From a virus, in IMG/VR virus record IMGVR_UViG_3300034355_001150, positions 25,767-89,766 of that record: a DNA stretch of 64,000 bases, one strand, 5' to 3'. The notes beneath the pieces were generated by a model, which worked only from the letters and a program-made list of their open reading frames with translations, had not been told where the DNA came from and made no database searches. Numbering within the stretch: position 1 is the first letter of the stretch; each line of letters starts with the position of its first letter. The position numbers and the translations under genes are program-made. Of this stretch, positions 19,801 through 29,119 are shown one piece after another.

Positions 19801-22800
19801 ACAGCTTATGCTACATGGACATACAACAGCGGAGGCAACAGTTGGGTTAGTAATTTACCTATCAAAGCGACGGGTGGCGCTAATATCGCTGGCCCACTAA
19901 CTGGTGCAACTACTGGTTCATTCGCAAATACTGTTACCGCTGGTGCATTCTCCGGTAATGGTGCTGCATTAACAAGTATTACTGGTGCTGCTGTTACTGG
20001 CCAAGTATCCAACGCGATTATTGCCGGAACTGTTTATACTGCTGCTCAACCAAATATCACTTCTGTTGGCAACTTGACATCTCTGGTTGTATCAGGTACC
20101 GCTAATGCCGTGGACATCAATGCTTCTGGCAATATCGCTGTTACTGGCAATCTATCAGTCAATCATGTCGTCGCTGCCGGAAATCTCTCTGTTTCTGGTA
20201 CATTAACTGGCAATAATGCTAATTTTAGCAATACAGTTACGGCTGCTTACTTCTCCGGTGATGGTAGCAATCTTGTTAATGTACCGATTGCTTCAAGATT
20301 AGCCAATGGCACAAGCAATGTTAGCATTCCGATTGCTAATGGAAATATCACAATGGCAGTCAATGGTACTCCTATTGTAAACCTATCATCCACATCTATA
20401 GCTATTGGTGCTGGTATCAATACTATCCAACAGGTATCTGGTGCCGTTGCGGTCGGTGATGGTGCTGGTGCAAGCAACCAACAAGCAAATGCAATTGCTA
20501 TTGGCGTTGGTGCTGGTGCCGCGTCACAGGGCAACAATGCTGTTGCTATTGGTGCTGGTTCAGGTGGTACTAATCAAGCGGAAAATTCAGTTGCAATTGG
20601 TTCTCGCGCTCATGCAAGTAATGCCGCTATCGTATTAAATGCAAGTGGCACTATTCAAAATGGCCAGAATGCAGGATTCTATGTTAACCCGGTTCGCAAT
20701 GATCAATCTAATATTGCACAAGCGGTAACATATAACGTCACATCAAAAGAAATCACTTATTCTAATACCATCAATTTAGCAGGAAACATTTCTGGTGGCA
20801 ACTTGAATTCAATTGGAATTGCGAATGTTGTTGGCAATATCAATAGTGGTAGCTGGCTAAACGCAAACGGCGCTAATATTCAAGGTAATGTTATCGTTTA
20901 CGATACTGTTAATAGTGGTGGAGTAAGCACTGGTGTATTAGCAACATCAGGCAATGCTTCTATCGGCAACAATATCACTGTAGCAAGCAATGCCGTAGTA
21001 ACGGGTAATATCTCGGGTAATAACTTATCTATCAGTAACAATGTTGCTATTGCAGGAAATGAAACTATCGGTGGGAATGCTACAGTAACGGGGAATATCT
21101 CAGGTAATAACCTATCTATCAGCAACAATGTTGCTATCACTGGCAATGAAACCATTACTGGCAATACAGTTGTAACCGGTAATATCTCAGGCAATAACCT
21201 ATCAATCAGTAACAATGTTGCTATCACCGGAAATACCGTTGTAACAGGCAATATCTCGGGTAATAACCTATCTATCACTGGCAATGAAACCATTACTGGC
21301 AATACAGTTGTAACCGGAAATATCTCGGGTAATAACCTATCTATCAGTAATAGTGTTGCTGTAACCGGTAATACCGTTGTAACCGGCAATATCTCAGGTA
21401 ATAACTTATCTATCAGTAATAGTGTTGCTGTAACCGGTAATACCGTTGTAACCGGTAATATCTCAGGTAATAACCTATCTATCAGTAACAATGTTGCTAT
21501 CACTGGCAATGAAACCATTACTGGCAACACTGTAGTAACAGGGAATATAACCGGCAATAACTTCATTGGTAATTCAATGGCGATTACTGGTAATATTTCT
21601 GCCAATAACTTTATCGGCAATCTCGCCAATGGCACCACTAATGTATCCATTATGGGCACTAACGGCAATATTACTATGACTGTTGCTGGCACACCATCGT
21701 TTACATTGAATAACAATAGTATTGCTATTGGTAATTCTGCCGCACTCACATCCCAAGGTGTCAGTGCTATTGCAATTGGCACAAGTGCCGGTAGAACTTC
21801 ACAAGGAAATTCAACAGTAGCGGTCGGCCAAAGCGCAGGTAATTCTTCACAAGGAATTGCGGCAGTAGCGGTTGGTTTTCAAGCAGGTTTCACGAGCCAA
21901 AGCACTAATGCGGTTGCCATTGGTAGCTATGCAGGAAATGTTACTCAAGGTGTAAATGCAATTGCCGTGGGTGTAGGCTCTGGTGCAAATACACAGGGTT
22001 CAAATTCAGTCGCAATTGGTGCATTTGCTGGAAATATTTCACAAGGTACTTCGGCGGTTGCCATCGGCCTCAATGCTGGAACAAATGCTCAAGGAGCAGG
22101 CACAATTGCAATCGGTAACCAAGCTGGCAACTCTAGCCAAAGCACAAGTGCGATTGCGGTTGGTCAATTGGCTGGATCAAATGCACAAGGAATTGCGGCA
22201 GTAGCGGTTGGTTTTCAAGCAGGGTTCACTGGACAAAGCACAAATGCAATTGCCATCGGTAGCTATGCTGGAAATTCAACCCAAGCGACAAGTGGTATTG
22301 CGATTGGCACAAATTCTGGTGCAAATACACAATCAGCTAATAGTATCGCTATTGGCACCAACGCGGCCAATAATACACAAGGCATTAATAGTGTTGCTCT
22401 TGGTGCTTCAGCCGCCAGCAATGTTCAGTTAGCTAACGCGGTTGCAATCGGCACTCAAGCTGGCAACAATATGCAGCAAACCAATAGTATAGCAATGGGT
22501 ACTCAAGCAGCCAATATCAACCAAGGTACTAACAGTGTTGCTATCGGTACTGAAGCTGCTGGTTTATCAGCAAGATACACAGCGAATAATATTATGTTCG
22601 CTAATAGCACGATGTCGGTATTTGGCACTCAGAGCGGAAACATCACCACTACATTGCTTGTTGCCGGAAATGGTGTTGCTGCCAATACTCGGGTAAGTGC
22701 AGTTAATACCACCATCAACCCTAATTCAACGATTACAGGAACAACATTAACAGTAAAAGGAACTGTTCAGATTGCTTATCTCGACAATGATTATGTTGTT

Positions 22801-25383
22801 ACCGGCAATGGTGTTGCTGCCAATACTCGCGTCACATCAGTAATTCAATCTACCATGAATGCCACAGTGAGTGGCACCACGCTAACTGTTAATTCGTATT
22901 CCGGCAATGATCCTGTTGTTGGTATGTATATGAATTTCAATGGCGCAAATCCTGGTGTTTGGATTGCAAATAATATCAGCGGCAATGGCGTCGGCTCAAC
23001 GTGGCAATTAAGTTCGGCTGTTACAGCCGCAACGTACACCAATACGGTCGGTAGAATTTGGACAGTAGAACCATCACAAACCACAAGCAATGTCACACTA
23101 ACCGGTGTTGCATACTCATTGAATAATTCACTTAATGCCAATGTAGGTAACATCAGCAATGTCGTCGTAACATCTGGACAAGGTGCTCTTTCTGTTGCCA
23201 TCGGTTATCAAGCCGGCGCGAATACACAAGGTAATATTGCTGTCGCTATCGGTTACCGAACTGCTGCTACTTTACAAAGTCAAGGTGCTGTTGCTATTGG
23301 GCAAGATGCTGGTAGCAATAGACAATCGTCGTCGGCAGTTGCCATTGGCACAAATGCTGGATCAAATACACAAGGACAAAACTCTGTTGCCGTCGGCCCA
23401 AGTGCTGGTTTATCTGGTCAGGCTCAAAACGCGGTTGCAGTAGGTGTCATCGCAGGCTCTACCGGACAAGGAGCACAATGTGTTGCTGTTGGCTATTACG
23501 CCGGTGCCACCACTCAAGGAACATCGGCAGTTGCTATTGGTCAATCTGCTGGGCAAACCACTCAGGGCACAAACGCGGTTGCTATCGGTATTAACGCTGG
23601 TAGTGGTTCTCAAGGAACACAAGCGGTTGCTGTCGGTCAATCTGCTGGGCAGACTACTCAAGGTGTAAGCGCGGTTGCTGTTGGTGTTAACGCAGGCTCT
23701 ACCGGACAAGGAGCGCAATGTGTTGCTGTTGGTGTTAACGCTGGTCTGTCCACTCAAGGAACACAGTCGGTTGCAATCGGCGCTGGCGCTGGTCAAACAA
23801 CACAGGGAACACAATCGGTTGCTGTTGGCGGAGCTGCTGGTCAATCCTTACAAAAAAATAACACGGTAGCAGTTGGGTATTTCGCTGGCCAAATATCACA
23901 ATGGGCTAATAGTACAGCATTGGGTCATTACGCTGGTCAACATTCTCAACGACCCGGTGCCGTCGCCATTGGTGCACAAGCAGGAATGGGCATTCAAGGA
24001 GCATTTACCAACTCTGGTACTATTGCTGGAAATGTATTCTCGATTGCCGGTAATGCCGCCAACGTGTCTGGTACTTTTGCAGTGGGTCAAACACTATTCG
24101 GAACTAATGTCCCAAATGATACCTACATCACTGCTTTGGGAACCGGCACCGGTAATGCTGGCACTTACTTCCTAAACACCAATACTGGCAATATTGTTGC
24201 CAATACTCAAGTATGGGCATACACAGGACAAGGTAATAGTGCCATCGCTATCGGCAATATTGCTGCCCCGTATAATCAAGGCGGAAACGCTATCGCCATT
24301 GGTAATTCGGTTGCACGATTCAATCAAGGCAACGCTGCTATTGCTATTGGTAATAATACTGCCAACAGCCAAGGAACAGGCTCTATTGCTATTGGTTCAA
24401 ATGCTGTTGCTAATGCACAATTTGCAAACTCTATCGTAATCAATGCTTCTGGTAATGCAATCGTAGCATCAAACGTGGGATTGTATATCAATCCTGTGAG
24501 AAATGATCTCGGAAATCTTGCTAATGCGGTTTATTACAATACATCAACAAGAGAACTAACCTATGGTCCATCATCTCTTGCATCAACCGATTACATCCAC
24601 GTTGTTCGCACTACCATCCAATCATGGAACTCGACAAATGCTGCTGTATTATTTAATTCAACAGTAGCCACTAATAGTAGTATACCATATAACTCAAGCA
24701 CTGGTGTGTTCACACTATCAGCCAACAAAACCTATCGCTTAACTGCTGGTATTCCGTTAGACGCAGCGGGTGGATATAATTCCTACCAATGGCAATATAG
24801 TGGCAACACTACTCCTATCAGCACAGCCACAGGAATGGCCGCTACTACTTCTTATGGAGCAAGCACCATCGAAGTGATATTTACATCAACCACTGATACT
24901 ACTGTAGCATTGAAAAGCCTCATGTCGTCGGGTAGTACCATATACGGTGGCGCATGGGCGGTTGTTCAACAAATTGGCGCAAGTGCGGTAACAAATAATC
25001 TTACCATTACTGGTGGATTATTTGCCAATACTATCGGAGGCACTGCTGCTAATGCCGGTATGGCTTTCAGCAACTACAAAGATGTAGTAAATAGCCCCGC
25101 CTTCGTTGCCTCGTATGCTCCCGATGTCAGCACTGGTTCAGTATTCAGAATGACATTGACCAACAACATCACTATCAATGGTTTTGGCGGTACTCCACAA
25201 GCTGGTCAAAGTGCAACATTGATCTTGACACAAGATGCAACGGGCAATAGGACTTTAAGTTCAACCATGAAGTTTGCTGGTGGCAACAAAACTCTCAGCA
25301 CAGCAGCAAATGCGATAGATATGTTATTCATCTTCTATGATGGCACAACATATTATGCAAGTCTGACAAAGGGGTATCAATAA
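16885..25383 (+). CDS. Giant tail fibre protein (2832 aa) with Mtd-N-like attachment domain, coiled coil and YadA-like arrays
   Basis: The N-terminal IQLRRDTSNNW..NPLLAQGEIGIDLTTNQIKIGTG...WVDLPY is a major-tropism-determinant N-terminal-type domain. It also has a heptad segment, VAIG arrays and a typical C-terminal TLILTQDATGNRTL domain. GATAAATA box at 16847-16854. Confidence 0.85.
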   Translation: MASEIQLRRDTSNNWIAINPLLAQGEIGIDLTTNQIKIGTGVDNWVDLPYFGGGNGTGGYGNSNVEAFLASARVSNIIPDGNAIYSLGNATNQWKDLWISSNTIYMNTIPISLTNTNDLTVNGNPVVTANSAANGATNVNAISVSGNLSAQEATIANTTISNGNITANYFIGDGSLLTGLPAGYANSDAANYFASGNVTTNVITSGNIAAGYFIGDGSQLTGLPAGYANSNVADYFASGNVTTDVITSGNVTANYFLGNIAFASGGYSNTDVAAYLANNTGGEIVSNVIVSNTVTTTDIIANGEISTTGVVISNGNITIGETLTSNSVVSNIFVGGDFSGDGGNLSNIQYSSIVGAYGDSNVALYLESGNLSTEIVSTNSITAAQFFGDGYNLSNLNLANATGGYGNSDVANYLPTDSTIIAINSNIANTDANVANIIVDIANTNANVANTDSNVANIIVDIANTNSNVANIVIDIANTNANVANTDSNVANIIVDIANTNSNVANTDSNVANIVLNIANTNANVANTDSNVANIILSIANTNANVTNVSANVANTDSNVANIIVDIANTNSNVANTDSNVANNASNILTLQGQVYSNVNAAAYLANANTQGTIYSGDLTIGAGNTLAFAEGGSVDSVTAAGFEGTLTINGKANRGISVTAGGTVPGASYSQLQWVEDIANYDPYGAPNSITNWVYVQNDGIYLQNIDTLNSPGYDYLWKFAVDGNLTSPGNIINDGDIYANAYYGDGGFLSNITSSYQDANVVALLQSGNISTPIVTTNAITGNTVTSTSTITAVDANIANTVIANLFIGDFQGNISGNLSVPGANTQVLFNDNDVAGADVGFTYDSATKTATVGNTVAAVNVVTSGQVFSTGNITSNSTVIANTLSVGANSIAIVDNLIKTASQTITIDPIGDGSAAGNVVIQGNLQVTGNLTYVDVSTAVTSNLLWQAANSANSQSEASGGGLAVGPGNTAYATWTYNSGGNSWVSNLPIKATGGANIAGPLTGATTGSFANTVTAGAFSGNGAALTSITGAAVTGQVSNAIIAGTVYTAAQPNITSVGNLTSLVVSGTANAVDINASGNIAVTGNLSVNHVVAAGNLSVSGTLTGNNANFSNTVTAAYFSGDGSNLVNVPIASRLANGTSNVSIPIANGNITMAVNGTPIVNLSSTSIAIGAGINTIQQVSGAVAVGDGAGASNQQANAIAIGVGAGAASQGNNAVAIGAGSGGTNQAENSVAIGSRAHASNAAIVLNASGTIQNGQNAGFYVNPVRNDQSNIAQAVTYNVTSKEITYSNTINLAGNISGGNLNSIGIANVVGNINSGSWLNANGANIQGNVIVYDTVNSGGVSTGVLATSGNASIGNNITVASNAVVTGNISGNNLSISNNVAIAGNETIGGNATVTGNISGNNLSISNNVAITGNETITGNTVVTGNISGNNLSISNNVAITGNTVVTGNISGNNLSITGNETITGNTVVTGNISGNNLSISNSVAVTGNTVVTGNISGNNLSISNSVAVTGNTVVTGNISGNNLSISNNVAITGNETITGNTVVTGNITGNNFIGNSMAITGNISANNFIGNLANGTTNVSIMGTNGNITMTVAGTPSFTLNNNSIAIGNSAALTSQGVSAIAIGTSAGRTSQGNSTVAVGQSAGNSSQGIAAVAVGFQAGFTSQSTNAVAIGSYAGNVTQGVNAIAVGVGSGANTQGSNSVAIGAFAGNISQGTSAVAIGLNAGTNAQGAGTIAIGNQAGNSSQSTSAIAVGQLAGSNAQGIAAVAVGFQAGFTGQSTNAIAIGSYAGNSTQATSGIAIGTNSGANTQSANSIAIGTNAANNTQGINSVALGASAASNVQLANAVAIGTQAGNNMQQTNSIAMGTQAANINQGTNSVAIGTEAAGLSARYTANNIMFANSTMSVFGTQSGNITTTLLVAGNGVAANTRVSAVNTTINPNSTITGTTLTVKGTVQIAYLDNDYVVTGNGVAANTRVTSVIQSTMNATVSGTTLTVNSYSGNDPVVGMYMNFNGANPGVWIANNISGNGVGSTWQLSSAVTAATYTNTVGRIWTVEPSQTTSNVTLTGVAYSLNNSLNANVGNISNVVVTSGQGALSVAIGYQAGANTQGNIAVAIGYRTAATLQSQGAVAIGQDAGSNRQSSSAVAIGTNAGSNTQGQNSVAVGPSAGLSGQAQNAVAVGVIAGSTGQGAQCVAVGYYAGATTQGTSAVAIGQSAGQTTQGTNAVAIGINAGSGSQGTQAVAVGQSAGQTTQGVSAVAVGVNAGSTGQGAQCVAVGVNAGLSTQGTQSVAIGAGAGQTTQGTQSVAVGGAAGQSLQKNNTVAVGYFAGQISQWANSTALGHYAGQHSQRPGAVAIGAQAGMGIQGAFTNSGTIAGNVFSIAGNAANVSGTFAVGQTLFGTNVPNDTYITALGTGTGNAGTYFLNTNTGNIVANTQVWAYTGQGNSAIAIGNIAAPYNQGGNAIAIGNSVARFNQGNAAIAIGNNTANSQGTGSIAIGSNAVANAQFANSIVINASGNAIVASNVGLYINPVRNDLGNLANAVYYNTSTRELTYGPSSLASTDYIHVVRTTIQSWNSTNAAVLFNSTVATNSSIPYNSSTGVFTLSANKTYRLTAGIPLDAAGGYNSYQWQYSGNTTPISTATGMAATTSYGASTIEVIFTSTTDTTVALKSLMSSGSTIYGGAWAVVQQIGASAVTNNLTITGGLFANTIGGTAANAGMAFSNYKDVVNSPAFVASYAPDVSTGSVFRMTLTNNITINGFGGTPQAGQSATLILTQDATGNRTLSSTMKFAGGNKTLSTAANAIDMLFIFYDGTTYYASLTKGYQ
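18150..18650 (+). repeat. 21-bp-period repeat encoding a heptad coiled coil (IANTDSN/VANIIVD/IANTNAN)
   Basis: Strict 7-residue periodicity with I/V at the first position, and recurrent identical nucleotide blocks. Confidence 0.8.
20995..21565 (+). repeat. Degenerate tandem coding repeat (VVTGNISGNNLSISNNVAITGNETITGNT)
   Basis: Near-identical nucleotide units of variable length, with about eight GNISGNNLS copies. Confidence 0.8.
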
Positions 25384-26096
25384 TGTTTTTGCAAAAAATG
25401 GCCGCTAATCCTAAAAGGGTGGCGGTCACTGTAAATCCACAAACCATATCCGTAACTACAACCACTGGATCACCTGTGGGTTCCGGATATGCAATGTTTT
25501 TTCCGGGCAACAACGGATTGAACGAATGCGTATTCTTAAATGGCACTAATGTACCATTGGCTCAAAATGGATTTACATTTGGAACAGGCAATTTTACTAT
25601 GGAGTGTTGGTTTAACCCAACAAGACTTAATATCGGCAGTTTTGGTTACCTCATGGAGATACCCGGCGGCGGTCCTACGCTCTTTTTGCAAGCATCTGAT
25701 TCCAAATTGTGTATGGGCCAAGCTGGCGTAGGTTGGATTTATACGGGATCAGTACCCAGTATAAACACTTGGTATAACTTTTGTGTATGCAGAGCGAGCG
25801 GCACTCTGAGAACATTCTTAAATGGCACCATTGTTCAAAGTATTTCAGCGAGTAATGTATTCAGTCAAGGAGCATCATCTCCAAACGCATTCATTGGTGG
25901 CGGATTTCCGGGAGGAAGTAGTCCCGCGTGTGGGTTTACTGGTTTCATCTGTGAGGCAAGAATCAGCAACATTGCGAGATATACTGCAAATTACACACCA
26001 CAAACGACACCTTTTGTTAATGATACAAATACTCTTTTGTTGGTGCATGGCGATAATACCAACGGATCATTGGCAATATCAGATGATAATACATAA
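25383..26096 (+). CDS. LamG-like lectin protein coupled to the giant fibre gene
   Basis: TAATG overlap. FGTGNFTMECWF, GFICEARISNIARYTANYTP and TLLLVHGD motifs. Confidence 0.8.
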   Translation: MFLQKMAANPKRVAVTVNPQTISVTTTTGSPVGSGYAMFFPGNNGLNECVFLNGTNVPLAQNGFTFGTGNFTMECWFNPTRLNIGSFGYLMEIPGGGPTLFLQASDSKLCMGQAGVGWIYTGSVPSINTWYNFCVCRASGTLRTFLNGTIVQSISASNVFSQGASSPNAFIGGGFPGGSSPACGFTGFICEARISNIARYTANYTPQTTPFVNDTNTLLLVHGDNTNGSLAISDDNT

Positions 26097-26138
26097 TGTA
26101 GCGAGTTAATCCAGATAATTAACTCGCTATAGCTTCGT

Positions 26139-26627
26139 TCAGTGATTGCCGGCAGGAATATAATTGTATGGACCATCGTAGCGAGGATCATAATATGATG
26201 GTGCGGCATCATAGTAATCACCACCATAATAATCACCATCATCGCATTCTGATTCTTCCGGAAAACAAAAGTTTTCAAACTCAGATTCAGAAAAATCACC
26301 ATTCTGTACACACCGAACGAAATCCCACTCATCCAAGAATCCATCCCCGATTTGTTCCATAGTGGAGAAGTCACGAACACATAGATTATTATCAATCTCG
26401 GTCAGTTCATAGCCATCGCTATCATCAAATGGTTTTGCAATATCACAATCTGCATCAAGCGCGGCCTGAGCTTTTGCTTCACTACTGAACCAATCAATAT
26501 AACCATACTTAGGTTCAATGAAGAACTCAAGAGTGTCCATGTCACCAACAGTGTACAGATAACCCCAATCCAGCCCCTTACGATTTCTTACGCCAGTGAT
26601 ATGCTTTACTTTGATTACGCTTTTCAT
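26139..26627 (-). CDS. Hypothetical early protein with acidic Tyr-rich tail
   Basis: AGGGG RBS and a strong sigma70-type promoter directly upstream. Confidence 0.65.
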   Translation of the reverse strand: MKSVIKVKHITGVRNRKGLDWGYLYTVGDMDTLEFFIEPKYGYIDWFSSEAKAQAALDADCDIAKPFDDSDGYELTEIDNNLCVRDFSTMEQIGDGFLDEWDFVRCVQNGDFSESEFENFCFPEESECDDGDYYGGDYYDAAPSYYDPRYDGPYNYIPAGNH

Positions 26628-26658
26628 GATTTTTCCCCTGATTGAGTTGATGGAGAGT

Positions 26659-26686
26659 ATTATACAGAAAGATTTAAGATTGTCAA
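26659..26686 (-). promoter_or_regulatory. Early sigma70-type promoter TTGACA-16-TATAAT
   Basis: - strand reads TTGACAATCTTAAATCTTTCTGTATAAT. Member of a repeated promoter family. Confidence 0.8.
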
Positions 26687-26971
26687 CTACTTTGACATGT
26701 ATTTTTTAAATTGCTTATCCAACTTTTCCTGATCGGTGGTCTTGCCGTTTCTGCTTTCCAACCAGCACACTCTATCTTGCAATGCCTTAACCATTGATTC
26801 CAATTGCGCCACTCTGGCCACCGTATTTCGTTGAGCATCAACGGTGGATTTAGCGAATTGCTGTTGTAAATCAGAAGATACTATCACTTGTTGAGTTAAT
26901 CCATTAACTGCCGATTGACTTGCACATCCACTCATTATCATCAATCCAACTACTGCTACTATCTTTTTCAC
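26687..26971 (-). CDS. Small lipoprotein, Lpp/OprI-like (GTG start at 26971)
   Basis: MKKIVAVVGLMIMSG-C lipobox signal, coiled-coil body, and C-terminal KLDKQFKKYMSK ending in Lys. Confidence 0.65.
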   Translation of the reverse strand: MKKIVAVVGLMIMSGCASQSAVNGLTQQVIVSSDLQQQFAKSTVDAQRNTVARVAQLESMVKALQDRVCWLESRNGKTTDQEKLDKQFKKYMSK

Positions 26972-26972
26972 C

Positions 26973-27089
26973 TTACCATCCTCTTTTGTTATGTTTAACT
27001 TTTCTTTGATAATCGTTTTTACGGTCACGGTGAGTTGCCGCTTTATTTACTTCTCGGGCATATTTTGCTACTAAGTTATTTGCTTTCAT
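26973..27089 (-). CDS. 38-aa basic protein missing from the ORF track (MKANNLVAKYAREVNKAATHRDRKNDYQRKVKHNKRGW)
   Basis: GAGAG RBS, directly behind the promoter at 27118-27145. Its stop lies 1 nt before the lipoprotein GTG. Confidence 0.7.
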   Translation of the reverse strand: MKANNLVAKYAREVNKAATHRDRKNDYQRKVKHNKRGW

Positions 27090-27117
27090 GTTTATTTCTC
27101 TCGTTGGTATGGCGAGT

Positions 27118-27145
27118 ATTATACAGAATGATTTGAGAATGTCAA
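27118..27145 (-). promoter_or_regulatory. Early promoter TTGACA-16-TATAAT
   Basis: TTGACATTCTCAAATCATTCTGTATAAT on the - strand. Confidence 0.8.
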
Positions 27146-27160
27146 CTGTTTTTGCAAAAA

Positions 27161-29113
27161 TTATCGTTGTTGTTTTTCTTGTTCTACTGCTCTTTTCACT
27201 TCGTCTCGTAATTCTGGTGGCACATCATACAACGCTATGTCCTTTTGATTAACAGCGATTTTGCATAGCTCTGGTGTTCTCAGTTCTTCTGGCACTGCTC
27301 CCAACGCCTCGCCATTTTGACTAACAGCGATTTTGCATAGCTCTGGTGTTCTTAATTCTTCTGGCACATAATGCAACGCTATGCCCCTTTGATTAACAGC
27401 GATTTTGCATAGTGATGGTGTTCTTAGTTGTTTCGGGTGTTCTGGCACATAGTCCAACGCCAAACCATTTTGTCTAACAGCGATGTTACATAGATCGGGT
27501 GTTCTTAGTTCAGGAGGCCATATTTGTGCCAACGCCTTGCCATTTTGACTAACAGCGATTTTGCATATATCTGCATATTCTGGCAAATTTGTTGGTACGA
27601 TTTTCAGTATCTCGCTATCTTGTCTGACTGCGGCTTTGCATATTTCCGAGTATTCCGGTAAATCGCGTGGCATCTGGATCAACACCTTGGGATTTTGACT
27701 AACAGCGATTTTGCATATATCTGCATATTCTGGCAATTCTGGTGGCACGTATCTCCACATCTCTCCTTTTTGACTAACTGCCATTTCGCACAATTCCGGC
27801 GTCCTTGAATCGATTGGTATATATACCAACGCATTGCCATCTTGACTAATAGCGATTTTACATAGTTTGGTATAACCAGTAGTAGATGGTTGAATGAACT
27901 CTAGATTTTTGTAATACGATTGCACCAATCCTTCCAAAATTTCAAAATTTCTTCGTATATCTCTATTTGCTTGAGATATAAGTAATTCGGGATCTCTTTT
28001 CAGCACATTCAATATCACGTCTTTATATCTCTCAATCATATTACTCGGAACATTCAGCGATAATTCCGGGTCTGCTTGAATCGCTTTGTCCCATGCCGCG
28101 GGATCATTAGTGTATTCACCGGTATTTGGATCAATCAGATATTGTAAGCCAGGTGATAGACCCGATATCTCATTGATGTACATTTTTCTTACCCAGGCCG
28201 GTGCTCGTAGTGCTTGATTGGGACTTACTTTAATTTGATCGCTTATCAAATTAGGTTTTTTATTTTGAATTACTTGTAGGTTTTCATCTGATAGGTCAAA
28301 TACCGAGAAGTTATTGTCGGCTAAGTAACCACCACCCTCAATTCCTTTTACCTTGTCGCTTAGTAATAAACTCATGATCTGAGGATGAAGCTTTTCTGAT
28401 GGCTTTTGGTTATTATATGCCTTCATCTCTCCTAAATTGCCATTAGGTTCAAGCACGAATGTAAGCAATACCTGACCGTTTTTCCTCAAGCTCAGTATTC
28501 GCTGATTTGGGTTGCTTTTTCCAGTTACATTACCACAATGCTTGCCGTGCTTGCCTTCTCTGTCGCAATAGGCCCTGTCGACCCACCACCAAGCAGAGCC
28601 ATCAGGGAATTTCATCAATTCATAGTCGCCTTCTTGTGGTTCTATTGGTGGCAAATTACGCTTAGACTGTTTCTCGCTCCAATCTTGTTCTATTGATTGC
28701 AAATCATTGATAATTTCATCATAAGACTTCTTACCGAATTGATACTGATCAATCGCCGGTATATTAAACCCAAAGAAGTGTCCGAGATCATTCTGAATTT
28801 CTTTTATATCAGGTACTTGTTTTCCTGCTTGTTGATCAACAAGCATATTGCCGACATTCTTCATATACCAAACGATTTTTTCGTCTTTTTTGAGCGTAGC
28901 CTTTGCCCACTTGAGTTGATCTGTGATTTCTTGTTGGAAATCGGGATACTTAGCCTTCATCGAGGCAATCATACCATCATAACTGGCTTCAGTGAGATTC
29001 ACTTCTTCGTATATCTTCTTGCTGGATTCTAACACGAACTGATGAAACAACTGATAAGCAGTTGTTTCATCATCATTCATTAGTGATTCAAGGATTTTGG
29101 AAAAGTGTGACAT
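27161..29113 (-). CDS. 650-aa protein with C-terminal DUF4116-like helical repeats
   Basis: Repeated ELRTPELCKIAVxQxGxALxYVP units. The N-terminus resembles prohead-core leader helices. Confidence 0.7.
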   Translation of the reverse strand: MSHFSKILESLMNDDETTAYQLFHQFVLESSKKIYEEVNLTEASYDGMIASMKAKYPDFQQEITDQLKWAKATLKKDEKIVWYMKNVGNMLVDQQAGKQVPDIKEIQNDLGHFFGFNIPAIDQYQFGKKSYDEIINDLQSIEQDWSEKQSKRNLPPIEPQEGDYELMKFPDGSAWWWVDRAYCDREGKHGKHCGNVTGKSNPNQRILSLRKNGQVLLTFVLEPNGNLGEMKAYNNQKPSEKLHPQIMSLLLSDKVKGIEGGGYLADNNFSVFDLSDENLQVIQNKKPNLISDQIKVSPNQALRAPAWVRKMYINEISGLSPGLQYLIDPNTGEYTNDPAAWDKAIQADPELSLNVPSNMIERYKDVILNVLKRDPELLISQANRDIRRNFEILEGLVQSYYKNLEFIQPSTTGYTKLCKIAISQDGNALVYIPIDSRTPELCEMAVSQKGEMWRYVPPELPEYADICKIAVSQNPKVLIQMPRDLPEYSEICKAAVRQDSEILKIVPTNLPEYADICKIAVSQNGKALAQIWPPELRTPDLCNIAVRQNGLALDYVPEHPKQLRTPSLCKIAVNQRGIALHYVPEELRTPELCKIAVSQNGEALGAVPEELRTPELCKIAVNQKDIALYDVPPELRDEVKRAVEQEKQQR

Positions 29114-29119
29114 AATAAT

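Noticed and set aside
18150-21565. CRISPR-like periodicity
   Set aside because: The repeats are in-frame coding units without unique spacers, and there are no cas genes. The 62903 nuclease is a stand-alone phage exonuclease.
16885-25383. Diversity-generating retroelement suggested by the Mtd-N-like domain
   Set aside because: No reverse transcriptase and no template/variable repeat pair with adenine-specific mismatches seen in this window.
904-25546. Numerous antisense and alternate-frame ORFs inside the fibre genes (e.g. 18120..18635, 20898..21782)
   Set aside because: Shadow ORFs produced by repetitive, biased codon usage of the + strand genes.
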